Source of the DNA: a virus
IMG/VR virus record: IMGVR_UViG_3300045988_034541
Location: 32,511-96,510 of that record
Length of the DNA stretch: 64,000 nt
Reading direction: 5' to 3' (one strand)
The notes beneath the pieces are model-generated. The model saw only the letters and a list, made by a program, of their open reading frames with translations, was not told the DNA's origin and made no database searches. The translations under genes were made by a program, and so were the position numbers. Below, in pieces: positions 38,923 through 47,970 of the stretch; the stretch's first letter is position 1; every line of letters begins with the position of its first letter.

Positions 38923-39195
38923 TTGAATCGAATGAGTAAGGTAGTAGGTAGCATTGACGGCTACGATGTCATTTATGTGGAAGGCAAGAATATGATATTC
39001 TGTAAGAATACTATATTACCCTTTCCACTCATTAAAAGAATTATCAGAGGAGGTTTGTGTAGGGAAACAATCGAAGAGAAGAACCTGACTATCACTCAAG
39101 ACGGTTCTATTATTCAACTTGGTTGTTTAACTACAACAAGAGAGAATTGTGAGGCAATCATTAAAGAAGTAAATAAGATTAATAAACCTAATTAA
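38923..39195 (+). CDS. hypothetical protein
   Basis: 90-aa ORF. Confidence 0.4.
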   Translation: MNRMSKVVGSIDGYDVIYVEGKNMIFCKNTILPFPLIKRIIRGGLCRETIEEKNLTITQDGSIIQLGCLTTTRENCEAIIKEVNKINKPN

Positions 39196-39198
39196 GTA

Positions 39199-40656
39199 AT
39201 GGCAAAGAACATTATTCCGCAAGGAACTACAGCTGCTATTAAGCAGAGAGTTAACAAGTACGAGGAAACTCAGAAACAGAGAATGATTGAAGTGCTCCAA
39301 AGCAATGTGAAGTATGCTGATGCTCTGGGATTCATCGAAGGTGAAATCAAACAGTCCAAGAAAATGGCAAGTTTCAAATACTCGCTGCTTTGTTGGAAAC
39401 CAGACGGTGTATATCAGTTGAACAGAGCAATCAATGAAATCTTCGGTTCTGCCGTTAGTAAGGAGGATAACAGTCCTTCTGGAAACAGCAACATTGATAC
39501 CGTAGACGTTGTTCTGGCAGACGGTTCTCGTACCAAAGTTCCGTTTGGTAAAATTAGCCTTGAAGAATTGGGAGAAGATTCTGAAATCAACATCAACTAT
39601 GACAATGACCGTCATTTGCTCCTTATTAAAGGACAATGCCAGTTCAAATATCAGTCATTGATTGATGATATTGTTGACAGAACTAAAGAGCTGTTGGCGT
39701 CAGAATCTATCTATAAGAATCAGGCACTGGAAATCAGCAATCTGTCTGAACCTACTATCATGACACTTGCCGGCATTGAGAAACAATTCATGGTTCTTTC
39801 TAAGAAGACTGAATTTGAATTGCAACCGCTACGCTCAAGAATCTTGTATCCAGAGAAATGTCTGGCTAAAGGTATTCCATTGAAGTATGGTTGTTTGCTG
39901 GAAGGTAAATATGGTACAGGTAAGACCTTGCTGGCATTTAAGCTGGCTAAAGATGCTGTAACAAACGGTTGGTCGTTCGTGTATTTGAAGAATCCTTCTC
40001 TTCTTGCAGAAACTCTGCGCATGTGTAAAGTTGTTGACCGTTCGGGCCATGGTGTTGTCGTATTTGTTGAAGATATTGACCAAGTAACTAGAGGTAACAG
40101 AGATGCTGCTATGCAAGACATCCTGAATACTCTGGACGGTGGTGATACCAAAGACATGAACGTAATCACCTTGTTCACTACTAATCACATTGAATTGATT
40201 GAACCTACCTTCTTAAGAGGTAAGAGAATCGGCTCTGTGATTACCATGGACTGTCTGGACGCTGAAACTGCGGAGAAATTCATCCGTTCTACCTTCACCG
40301 CTGAAGAAGGATATACAATCGACGATGATTTGAGTGAAGTATGTAACTACATTCAAGAAGCTGAAATTGCTCCGGCATTTATGGCTGAAATCGTTGAATC
40401 AACCAAATCCAAACTTATCTTTACAGAAGAAACCCATGTAACATCGTTCCATATCAAAGCTAGCGTTGAATCTTATCAACGTCAACTTGGACTTGCATCC
40501 AAGAAAGCTGTTGTGGAAACTCCGGCTGAAAGATTGGTAAATGCTCTCAAACTCGTTCTGGGTACAGAGAAGCTTGAAGCAATCACTCAGATGTGTGAGT
40601 ATCAGTGGGAACTCGACCGTAAGGACTATTCTACGGAGAAGAAAGACAACAAATAA
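39199..40656 (+). CDS. AAA+ ATPase
   Basis: Walker A GKYGTGKT, Walker B VVFVEDID, sensor-1 TTN and arginine-finger region; the N-terminal roughly 200 aa are unknown. Confidence 0.7.
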   Translation: MAKNIIPQGTTAAIKQRVNKYEETQKQRMIEVLQSNVKYADALGFIEGEIKQSKKMASFKYSLLCWKPDGVYQLNRAINEIFGSAVSKEDNSPSGNSNIDTVDVVLADGSRTKVPFGKISLEELGEDSEININYDNDRHLLLIKGQCQFKYQSLIDDIVDRTKELLASESIYKNQALEISNLSEPTIMTLAGIEKQFMVLSKKTEFELQPLRSRILYPEKCLAKGIPLKYGCLLEGKYGTGKTLLAFKLAKDAVTNGWSFVYLKNPSLLAETLRMCKVVDRSGHGVVVFVEDIDQVTRGNRDAAMQDILNTLDGGDTKDMNVITLFTTNHIELIEPTFLRGKRIGSVITMDCLDAETAEKFIRSTFTAEEGYTIDDDLSEVCNYIQEAEIAPAFMAEIVESTKSKLIFTEETHVTSFHIKASVESYQRQLGLASKKAVVETPAERLVNALKLVLGTEKLEAITQMCEYQWELDRKDYSTEKKDNK

Positions 40657-40661
40657 ACCTT

Positions 40662-40692
40662 GGAGGGCGAGAGCAATCTCGCTCTCCTTTTA
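40662..40692 (+). terminator. rho-independent terminator
   Basis: 11-bp GC-rich stem ggagggcgaga-gcaa-tctcgctctcc followed by ttttatt, right after the AAA+ stop. Confidence 0.65.
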
Positions 40693-40703
40693 TTAACAAC
40701 TAA

Positions 40704-40922
40704 ATGAAACATTTATTGATATTCCTATTAGTCTTATTAATGTCTGCAACTAAGGTGGATAACACACCTAGAGACTTTCATGTAAGTATAGTAGGAGAAG
40801 AGAAAGTAGAACAATTTGAATCCAAATTCCCTCAAATAGTTAAGGACGAAGCCGTGTATATTGCATATCTTCAGCGATACTATAGAGGACATGAAGATGA
40901 ATTTATCAATTTGATGAAGTAA
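40704..40922 (+). CDS. small secreted/membrane-anchored protein
   Basis: 72 aa with an N-terminal signal-like segment. Confidence 0.35.
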   Translation: MKHLLIFLLVLLMSATKVDNTPRDFHVSIVGEEKVEQFESKFPQIVKDEAVYIAYLQRYYRGHEDEFINLMK

Positions 40923-40926
40923 CAAT

Positions 40927-41008
40927 GGGGTAGTGGCGTAACGGTAGCCGCGTTGGTCTTAGGAACCAATGAGCTAAGCTCGTGTGAGTTCGAGTCTCAC
41001 CTACCCTA
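40927..41008 (+). tRNA. tRNA-Leu(TAG), type II
   Basis: Anticodon arm ttggt-ctTAGga-accaa, variable arm gagc-taa-gctc, T-arm gtgag-ttcgagt-ctcac. Confidence 0.85.
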
Positions 41009-41187
41009 CTAGATTATTAACTATTAAATGTATTTAATTATGGTAGAAACTTTAAGTGAGCTGCTTGAAAATGCAGCTAACGTAGCAGAGGACAACGGTG
41101 GTAAGCTTTCAATAGCAAGCGCAGCAGTATTAATTGCTGAAGCTTACGAGTTAGGAATGGATAAAGCAACTAAATTACTGACAGAGG

Positions 41188-41646
41188 ATGCCAACAATTG
41201 TTGATATGAGACCGTCAACTAACACTTTCAGACATGCAACTTTGATAGTAATATGGCTGGTGGTGTGCTTAGTAGGACTAGGAGGATGTAAATCTAACTT
41301 AGTTAAAGAAACCTGTACTGATAGACCCGTGTGGACTACAGTAGTTGCTAAGGACTGTTATACAGAAACAATTAATCAGCAGACGCATACTGTATATGAG
41401 CTTACACTAATAGCCGACGGTAGGGACAATCAGTTCAAACTACGTGTAGACAAACCAACCTATGATAGAGCTTTTATTAATAACAAGCCTAATAGGCTTA
41501 GCTTTAATCTTAATAGAAGTGATTATGGGACTGGTTGGGAGCCATTAATTGTTGCATTGTATTTCCTTATGCTTGTTGGTGGGCTAGCATGTGTGATAAT
41601 TGAAGGTATAAAATACATGATTGATATTAAAGAACATTTATCATAG
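41188..41646 (+). CDS. putative lipoprotein with C-terminal TM
   Basis: Signal peptide with lipobox-like LGGC; hydrophobic C-terminus. Confidence 0.45.
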   Translation: MPTIVDMRPSTNTFRHATLIVIWLVVCLVGLGGCKSNLVKETCTDRPVWTTVVAKDCYTETINQQTHTVYELTLIADGRDNQFKLRVDKPTYDRAFINNKPNRLSFNLNRSDYGTGWEPLIVALYFLMLVGGLACVIIEGIKYMIDIKEHLS

Positions 41647-42472
41647 TATGGAGAAATTGAGTGCAGATGCGTTACGTTTAGCCTTAGTAACAGCATCTAT
41701 GGAGTACTATAAGAAGTACGTAGAAGGCAATCAAGACTTTGATAATTCCGAGCAAATCAAAGAGGAGCTTGGTAAGTTAGAAGCAGCAGGTTTAGGTAGA
41801 ACTAAGAATGCAGAAACTCTTAGGACTATTCTCGAGTCTAAGAAGTATAAGTCAGCTTTAGGTCCAGAGAAATTAGACCTGAAGAAGGTTAACGAAATAA
41901 CATCCTGGATTAAAGAATCGTATCCTGATGCACTGGTTGTAACTTACGAGGATTTCTTTGCAATCCTGAAGAAGTACAATTTGTATTGTGGTCCAATATC
42001 GACCTTCAGCGGATTCATTCCAAGTGAGAATGTGTCACAAATAGCAAAAGCTTCTAACGCTTTGAACTCTTTAAATCTTAACTACGTCAGTTGGGTTGAA
42101 GCTGCGAGAATAGATTCAAGAATGTCTAAGGACATGACCAAACGGCTTGTTGAGTATTTCTCTAGATTCCCATTTGTATTCAAAGGTATTGACCGTGGTT
42201 ATCAGTACATGAGGTCTATAGGTGGAAGTTACAAGGAGGAAGATTACCTACATCTTGGCACCTCATATCTAGACCATAGTGCTTGGCTAATTGCAGCACC
42301 CTATGACACTATGGAGAATAATATTCGCATAGAAATCTTCTCTAAAGCTGAAGAAGACCGTAAAAGAAGGTTAGAAGACCCAATAGTATTTAGGGCTACC
42401 AAAGTAGGTATTGTTATCGTGTCTATGTGGGGAGAAGAAGCATCAGACAGCATGTTCGATAAATACCGATAA
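41621..42472 (+). CDS. paralog family protein A (C-terminal ...VSMWGEEASD.MFDKY)
   Basis: Shares conserved blocks with 47100-47966 and 49983-50921. Confidence 0.5.
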   Translation: MILKNIYHSMEKLSADALRLALVTASMEYYKKYVEGNQDFDNSEQIKEELGKLEAAGLGRTKNAETLRTILESKKYKSALGPEKLDLKKVNEITSWIKESYPDALVVTYEDFFAILKKYNLYCGPISTFSGFIPSENVSQIAKASNALNSLNLNYVSWVEAARIDSRMSKDMTKRLVEYFSRFPFVFKGIDRGYQYMRSIGGSYKEEDYLHLGTSYLDHSAWLIAAPYDTMENNIRIEIFSKAEEDRKRRLEDPIVFRATKVGIVIVSMWGEEASDSMFDKYR

Positions 42473-42614
42473 ACATGTAATCCACCACTTAAATGTGAGC
42501 AGGTGTAGAAATGACTATAGGGCTATTTCAGTTTAGCAGACGTGCTATTCCATAGATTAGCTGACGTCAATAATTGGTAAGGCAGCTCGCAGCCCTACCA
42601 GGCGGATTATTAAT

Positions 42615-42688
42615 GGCGAGATAGCTCAACTGGTCAGAGCGTGATACTCATAATATCAAGGTTGGGTGTTCGAGTCACCTTCTCGCCA
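42615..42688 (+). tRNA. tRNA-Met(CAT)
   Basis: ggcgaga ta gctc-aactggtca-gagc g tgata-ctCATaa-tatca aggtt gggtg-ttcgagt-cacct tctcgcc a. Confidence 0.85.
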
Positions 42689-42713
42689 CATTATTAGTTA
42701 ATACTTAAAGATT

Positions 42714-43109
42714 ATGTTTGTAAAATTTGTAAAAGATGATAAGACAATAGAGGAAGTATCAATCTCATCAGAGATGATTCCATTTCCTACTGATATAGTA
42801 GTGTTAGAAGCTGGTAAATTCACCGTAGAATCTAGAGAGTATGATATACTTGATGGAACTTGTACAGTTATATTAGACCAACAAATTACCTGGGCAGAAC
42901 ATCCTCAAGAGTATAGTGATGCAATGCTTGCATGCAGGAAGCGTTGGAATAATACAATTGATTTGTCATGTGAAGACTTCTTTAAGATGAAACAGTTTGT
43001 ATCGACTGGTTCCAAACTGCAAGCAATTAAGCATGTAAAAGAATCTGCTAAATGTGGTTTAAAAGAAGCTAAGGATTTTGTTGACACTTATTGCGATTAC
43101 GTATTATGA
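42714..43109 (+). CDS. hypothetical protein
   Basis: 131-aa ORF. Confidence 0.45.
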   Translation: MFVKFVKDDKTIEEVSISSEMIPFPTDIVVLEAGKFTVESREYDILDGTCTVILDQQITWAEHPQEYSDAMLACRKRWNNTIDLSCEDFFKMKQFVSTGSKLQAIKHVKESAKCGLKEAKDFVDTYCDYVL

Positions 43110-43343
43110 GGTGGTTGTATCATATCCTAATTAATTGGATAGACTTAGTAAGAGATTGATATGGAAACAGCATTAATGATTACTGTAGTCATTGCATTTG
43201 TGGCTGCATTAATAGCTATGTTACTAACTATATGGGATTGTGACTTTAAATGGGTTAAGATATTCTTAAGTGTAGCTGCTATAAGTACTATAGGAATGAT
43301 AATTGTAGTTACAATCAAGGTCATGATGTCAGTATAAGGGTAT

Positions 43344-43429
43344 GGCTTGATGGCGAAATTGGTAGACGCCCCAGATTTAAGCTCTGGTGTCCAGAAATGG
43401 ACGTGTGGGTTCGAATCCCACTCAAGCTA
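43344..43429 (+). tRNA. tRNA-Leu(TAA), type II
   Basis: Anticodon arm ccaga-ttTAAgc-tctgg, long variable arm, T-arm gtggg-ttcgaat-cccac. Confidence 0.85.
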
Positions 43430-43454
43430 CTAATAATTAAAGGAAGGAGGATTT

Positions 43455-43631
43455 ATGAAAGAACTATTAGAAGAATTAAAGAAACAGTATGAGGGCAATA
43501 GCATCATGGAAGCTGTTGCTGTATCTATAGAGAAGGCATATAAAATCGGGTATTCTGAAGGTTTTGCTGCTGGTGAAGAAGCAATGAAGAATCTAATTGA
43601 CAAGTTAACATCACCTACAATATCTAATTAA
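43455..43631 (+). CDS. small protein (58 aa) missing from the ORF track
   Basis: A strong RBS (aggaaggagg) 8 nt upstream of the ATG; ORF MKELLEELKKQYEGNSIMEAV...; it fills the gap before 43633. Confidence 0.35.
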   Translation: MKELLEELKKQYEGNSIMEAVAVSIEKAYKIGYSEGFAAGEEAMKNLIDKLTSPTISN

Positions 43632-43632
43632 T

Positions 43633-44124
43633 ATGACTATAGAAGAGTTCCTGCGTAAAATAGTTGAGATTGATTTAACTCAAGCTCAACACGTGTTCCA
43701 TGATTGGGATGCTGCTCTGGAGAATTATGCTATTAGGTATAAGAAACACGGTTCACCCAATGTAGTCAGGTTATTAAAGATTGCCAACTCATTGGGTGAA
43801 CTTGTTGATTTATATAGGGGAGTAGTGCTAAGAAGATATCCAATGACTATAGCTTCGTTGAATAGTAAAACTGTCAGATATAATGAGTTGATATCTTACT
43901 ATAACTACAAGAATGGGCAAGAGTTAACCTTGTTTGAAAGGATAAGTAATGGCTCTACCATGGAAGAGAGATTAAACTTTGTATATTTAATGTCTAAAGC
44001 CGATGCATTACAAGGAGAGACTATTGACCGAAGGAAAATCCTTCAGAACCTCAGAGAAGGGAAACTCTATGACTCCTCTAATCAAATCTGGCCAAGAGCA
44101 TGTCTTGAGTCCTATAAATCTTAG
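43633..44124 (+). CDS. hypothetical protein
   Basis: 163-aa ORF. Confidence 0.45.
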   Translation: MTIEEFLRKIVEIDLTQAQHVFHDWDAALENYAIRYKKHGSPNVVRLLKIANSLGELVDLYRGVVLRRYPMTIASLNSKTVRYNELISYYNYKNGQELTLFERISNGSTMEERLNFVYLMSKADALQGETIDRRKILQNLREGKLYDSSNQIWPRACLESYKS

Positions 44125-44288
44125 CGATGTAGAGGTAGGTGATATAGTATTCTGCAAAGTTAAAGGTAGATACTATACTCACTTAGTCAAAGCTAAGGGA
44201 GACAGAGGAGTTCTTATAGGCAACAATCATGGTAAGATTAATGGGTGGACCAAATCCGTATTTGGTAAAGTAACTAAAATACTATAAC

Positions 44289-45482
44289 ATGAGTGAACGA
44301 AGACTTAAACTTGGTCATAGGAAAGAGTATAAACGTAAAAGCAAGCATACTCGTAATCCAAGCTACTATCCTAGACACCTTACTAAAGTGACGCTAGCTG
44401 ATTTTGATGCTGATTTCAATTTGAGAGTATCTAAAGAAGTGGCAGCGCAGAGAGGATATGGTAGAAAGGTATTAGACAAAAGTTGTCATATAGCTTGGGA
44501 CCACGGTTATGGATACGTTAAAGAATCTAGGATTGTGAAATTCATAGCCAAGTATGTAGGTAAGCCTTATAAAGAGCTAGCCAAAGCCTGGAATGAGTGG
44601 ATTAAGCCAATTAAGAATACTGACAAAACTGAATACCTAGACGACTACTTCACTGATTATAGGTGGAGACAGGCGTTCTTTAGAGTTGATGATAATGGAT
44701 TAGTACAATCTGTTGAGCAGACTCCTAGAGGTCGTCGATACAACATTAGTACTAAGCAATGGAAGGAGAACAGGAATCATGCTTTGCCCAAGTTTGGTAA
44801 GATTGCTAAACCTCATAAAGCAGCAGACTATTATGATTACTGTTATGGATTTGCCAATTCTAATCCTGACTCCAATGGAACAGACTCTGACTTTTATAGA
44901 CCGAGGTTGCTAGGTCATTATTGGTGTATGGTTAATGGTACTCCAGTTGAGTTGCCAGTATATCATGTGCGTGATGCTCGTGACTATATAAGGTGGTGGT
45001 TAGACGGCAAGCAAGGCAGACTTCCTGGGACTAGAGAAGTAGTTAAAGTTGATACGTACCAGCAACTCTTTAGACCTGGAACTCATGCTTATGAACAAGC
45101 TGTTAAGTTTGATAACAACTGGGTTTATCTTCCGATTCCATGTAGCAAAGGAGGTTATATAGGTGAAACATCTAAGCATTTTATGCATTTAGAGACGGAG
45201 CAGATTCCTAATCCTAGATATGCAGAAATTCAAAGTAGCTTAGATGCTCTTACTAAGAGTGTAGAAGATATAGAAGCGGGCATAACTGTTACATTTAGTG
45301 ACGGAGTAACTCCTGTAACTATGGAGTATCTTACTAACGAAATTAACAATGCTCACTATCGTCTGTCTATAACATCTAGGTGTATAACAGTTAATCACGG
45401 CTATGGGCAACTATATCCATTAGTAAAACGAATTGATTATGAAAGAACTATTCAAGAAATGGCTAGAGAAACTAGCATGTAG
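44289..45482 (+). CDS. hypothetical protein (397 aa)
   Basis: Long ORF with no recognised motif. Confidence 0.5.
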   Translation: MSERRLKLGHRKEYKRKSKHTRNPSYYPRHLTKVTLADFDADFNLRVSKEVAAQRGYGRKVLDKSCHIAWDHGYGYVKESRIVKFIAKYVGKPYKELAKAWNEWIKPIKNTDKTEYLDDYFTDYRWRQAFFRVDDNGLVQSVEQTPRGRRYNISTKQWKENRNHALPKFGKIAKPHKAADYYDYCYGFANSNPDSNGTDSDFYRPRLLGHYWCMVNGTPVELPVYHVRDARDYIRWWLDGKQGRLPGTREVVKVDTYQQLFRPGTHAYEQAVKFDNNWVYLPIPCSKGGYIGETSKHFMHLETEQIPNPRYAEIQSSLDALTKSVEDIEAGITVTFSDGVTPVTMEYLTNEINNAHYRLSITSRCITVNHGYGQLYPLVKRIDYERTIQEMARETSM

Positions 45483-45749
45483 GCATGAATGGACTATAAT
45501 AGCAAAAACTAGCTATACTGATTGTAACAGATACTTACTAGTATGTTCCAAGTGTGGTAAGCTTAAAAGGAAACGAGTATAGACCAGGCTGGAATCTGGG
45601 TTAAATAAAGTCCAGCGATGACAACTAAAGCAGAGTTGAGCGTATGTAATAAGACGTGCAGTTTAGCGCTGACTGTGGGGTGGTTGCAGAACACCTCTTT
45701 AGGAATGACTATCAGTGTTTGACTATTAGTATTCTAACCACTGCTCCAT

Positions 45750-45832
45750 GCGGTTGTAGTGTAAAGGAGGGCACATCACTAATTTTAGTATGCGCACAAG
45801 TGATAGATTGGGTTCGATTCCCGACAGCCGCT
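45750..45832 (+). tRNA. tRNA-like gene with an 18-nt anticodon loop (isotype undetermined)
   Basis: Good acceptor (gcggttg/cagccgc), D-arm, T-arm (ttggg-ttcgatt-cccga) and anticodon stem tcact/agtga, but the loop is aattttagtatgcgcaca. Confidence 0.4.
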
Positions 45833-45864
45833 CACCCTGAACCCTGTAATTCTAATCCTATAAG

Positions 45865-46116
45865 ATGTTTGGAAAGAAACAATCAGCCGAACCGGCTAAA
45901 GTAACAAGTACCTCACTAGCCGAGGAATCAGCTAAGATTATTGATGTATTTGAGAAAGCTGTTACCAATCTTAAAGAGGTAGCATCTAGAGCTCAAGCAG
46001 AGAAAGAGGTTAGAGAACAAGAGATTATCGAATTACAAACTGAAGCTGCAAACCTTGAAGCAGTTTCTAACAAAGCAACAGCCATGGCCGAGAAGATTGG
46101 TGGGTTGCTATCATAA
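45865..46116 (+). CDS. hypothetical coiled-coil protein
   Basis: 83-aa ORF. Confidence 0.4.
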   Translation: MFGKKQSAEPAKVTSTSLAEESAKIIDVFEKAVTNLKEVASRAQAEKEVREQEIIELQTEAANLEAVSNKATAMAEKIGGLLS

Positions 46117-46120
46117 CATT

Positions 46121-46585
46121 ATGGATAAAATCAGAGACGTATCAGAAATTGATTTCAAAGTGGAGGAAGTAATGAAAGCTAAATCTTTCAATGACTTCGT
46201 AAACGGAGATGTAGAGAAGGCTTTCTATTTGGGCTTCTTTAGAAATGAATTGCAACAACCTCTATCTGTTGCTATGCAAATTAGAGGTGATGAAGGCATA
46301 GCCTTAGTAAAGAGTTTTGACGAAGCGATGCAGAAGGCTAGACCTTATGTAGAAGAAATGTCTGCTATAGCTGACGATGCTATGGCTAAAGAGGAGTTCA
46401 CAATGTTAGATGTAGTTAATGAAGTCTCTGACAAGGTTAACTACAAACAGGAGGAAGACAAATTCTATGTCATCTTTATCTTAGGTATGTGGGTTAAGCA
46501 TCTTATTGATGAGGATGTCATATCCGAAACCGAAGAAGATGAGGATGATGAGGATTTTGTTGAGAATCCTAATGCCGACGCATAA
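46121..46585 (+). CDS. hypothetical protein with a highly acidic C-terminus (track ORF 46055-46585, trimmed to the internal Met)
   Basis: The C-terminus ETEEDEDDEDF is strongly acidic. Confidence 0.45.
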   Translation: MDKIRDVSEIDFKVEEVMKAKSFNDFVNGDVEKAFYLGFFRNELQQPLSVAMQIRGDEGIALVKSFDEAMQKARPYVEEMSAIADDAMAKEEFTMLDVVNEVSDKVNYKQEEDKFYVIFILGMWVKHLIDEDVISETEEDEDDEDFVENPNADA

Positions 46586-46979
46586 GTACAGAATATACTG
46601 TGATGGTGCCTATTCTCCTGCGAGAAATCAAGGGGGAATAGGCTTTGTCATTTTAGAGGATGACAAGAAGATATTCCAATACAGTAAGATGTATAAGAAC
46701 AGCACCAATCAGCGGATGGAGCAAATGGCTGTCATAGTTGCCCTGGAATCCATAAAGGAACCTTCTGAAATTACAATAGTAACAGATTCTATGTATATTG
46801 TAGGAACTCTTACTAAAGGGTGGAAGAGGAAAGCCAATACTGATTTGTGGGAACGTCTTGATAAGGCTGTGAACAGGCATAAAGTAGTGTCTGTTGAGTG
46901 GTGTAAAGGTCACGCAAGTGATGAACATAATAAGGAAGCCGACAAGCTTGCTTATAATGCTAGTAACGAAATAGGATAA
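46572..46979 (+). CDS. rnhA: ribonuclease HI
   Basis: YCDGA...GGIGFVI...TNQRMEQMAVIVALES...TDSMYI...WCKGHASDEHNKEADKLA matches the RNase H fold and catalytic D-E-D-D positions. The start is taken at MPTHKY to avoid the overlap. Confidence 0.8.
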   Translation: MPTHKYRIYCDGAYSPARNQGGIGFVILEDDKKIFQYSKMYKNSTNQRMEQMAVIVALESIKEPSEITIVTDSMYIVGTLTKGWKRKANTDLWERLDKAVNRHKVVSVEWCKGHASDEHNKEADKLAYNASNEIG

Positions 46980-47099
46980 ACCTATGAAATACAAGAAGAA
47001 AGTACAACGTCTTAAAGACCGACAGGCTTGGTGGGATAAGCAATCTGATTCATTTAAGAGAGCTACTACCAGACCAGGTTCAGTTAAACAAAAGTAATT

Positions 47100-47966
47100 A
47101 TGAACAATTTTAGTCCTTCTACAGATACGTCTGTAGGCACAAAGAGATTCACAGCCCAAGAAGTGCAATTAGCTTATACTCTAATGGCTGTAGAGTACAT
47201 GAAGACTATTAAGGGTCTGAATCCGAATCATCAACTAGTTGATAAGGCTGTCAAACTGAAAGCTTTAGGATTTACTAATTCTAAAGAAGTAGGTGATGCT
47301 ATCACTTCGGAAGAGGACCTTAAAGTCTTAAAATGTTATAGCTTTTTGCAAAGACATTTCCCTGGCTCATTGATACTTAAGGAGGAGGATTTCATTAATC
47401 TGAATGTTAAGTATGGATTAGTTGTTGGAAGACTATCAGCTTATAAAGGTTCTGTGCCTGACGAGAACATTGATGAAATCTCTAAGGTAATGGCCACTGC
47501 TCAAGCACTTGAAGCAAATGAGTATGTTAACTATAGCGGAAACGGTTCACCTTTACGGTATGTTACTGGTATGCAAGTTGCTACTCACCCTATGCCTATT
47601 GATAGCAGGTCCTATCCGGTTGGAAGGTACTTCATTAGGCAGGAACCTTCCCATATTGGACTTATGTATTTGAGTAGAAATAAGGCTAGAGTGAATGCAT
47701 ATCCATTCTTTCATATCCTTAATAAAGCCAAGGCACATGATGTGAACATTGCTGATTCGAAAGAATGTAGCAGCGCTGACTTATTCATTGCCGCTCCTAT
47801 TGAAGAAATGAATGAAACTATGCGGTTTACAGTTCCAGAAAGGAAGATTATTCCTATCAATAATGACCCATTTGTGTTTCAAGTAACTCCAATAGGGGTA
47901 ATGATTCACTCTAAATGGGGAGTAGAAGCCGAAGACAATATATTCGACAATATTAAACCTTTATAA
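47100..47966 (+). CDS. paralog family protein B (C-terminal ...IHSKWGVEAEDNIFDN)
   Basis: Shares blocks with 41621-42472 and 49983-50921. Confidence 0.5.
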   Translation: MNNFSPSTDTSVGTKRFTAQEVQLAYTLMAVEYMKTIKGLNPNHQLVDKAVKLKALGFTNSKEVGDAITSEEDLKVLKCYSFLQRHFPGSLILKEEDFINLNVKYGLVVGRLSAYKGSVPDENIDEISKVMATAQALEANEYVNYSGNGSPLRYVTGMQVATHPMPIDSRSYPVGRYFIRQEPSHIGLMYLSRNKARVNAYPFFHILNKAKAHDVNIADSKECSSADLFIAAPIEEMNETMRFTVPERKIIPINNDPFVFQVTPIGVMIHSKWGVEAEDNIFDNIKPL

Positions 47967-47970
47967 GATT

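Noticed and set aside
46653-47168. 171-aa minus-strand ORF overlapping the RNase H gene and paralog B
   Set aside because: It is antisense to two well-supported genes. The RNase H motifs establish the plus-strand frame as the real one.
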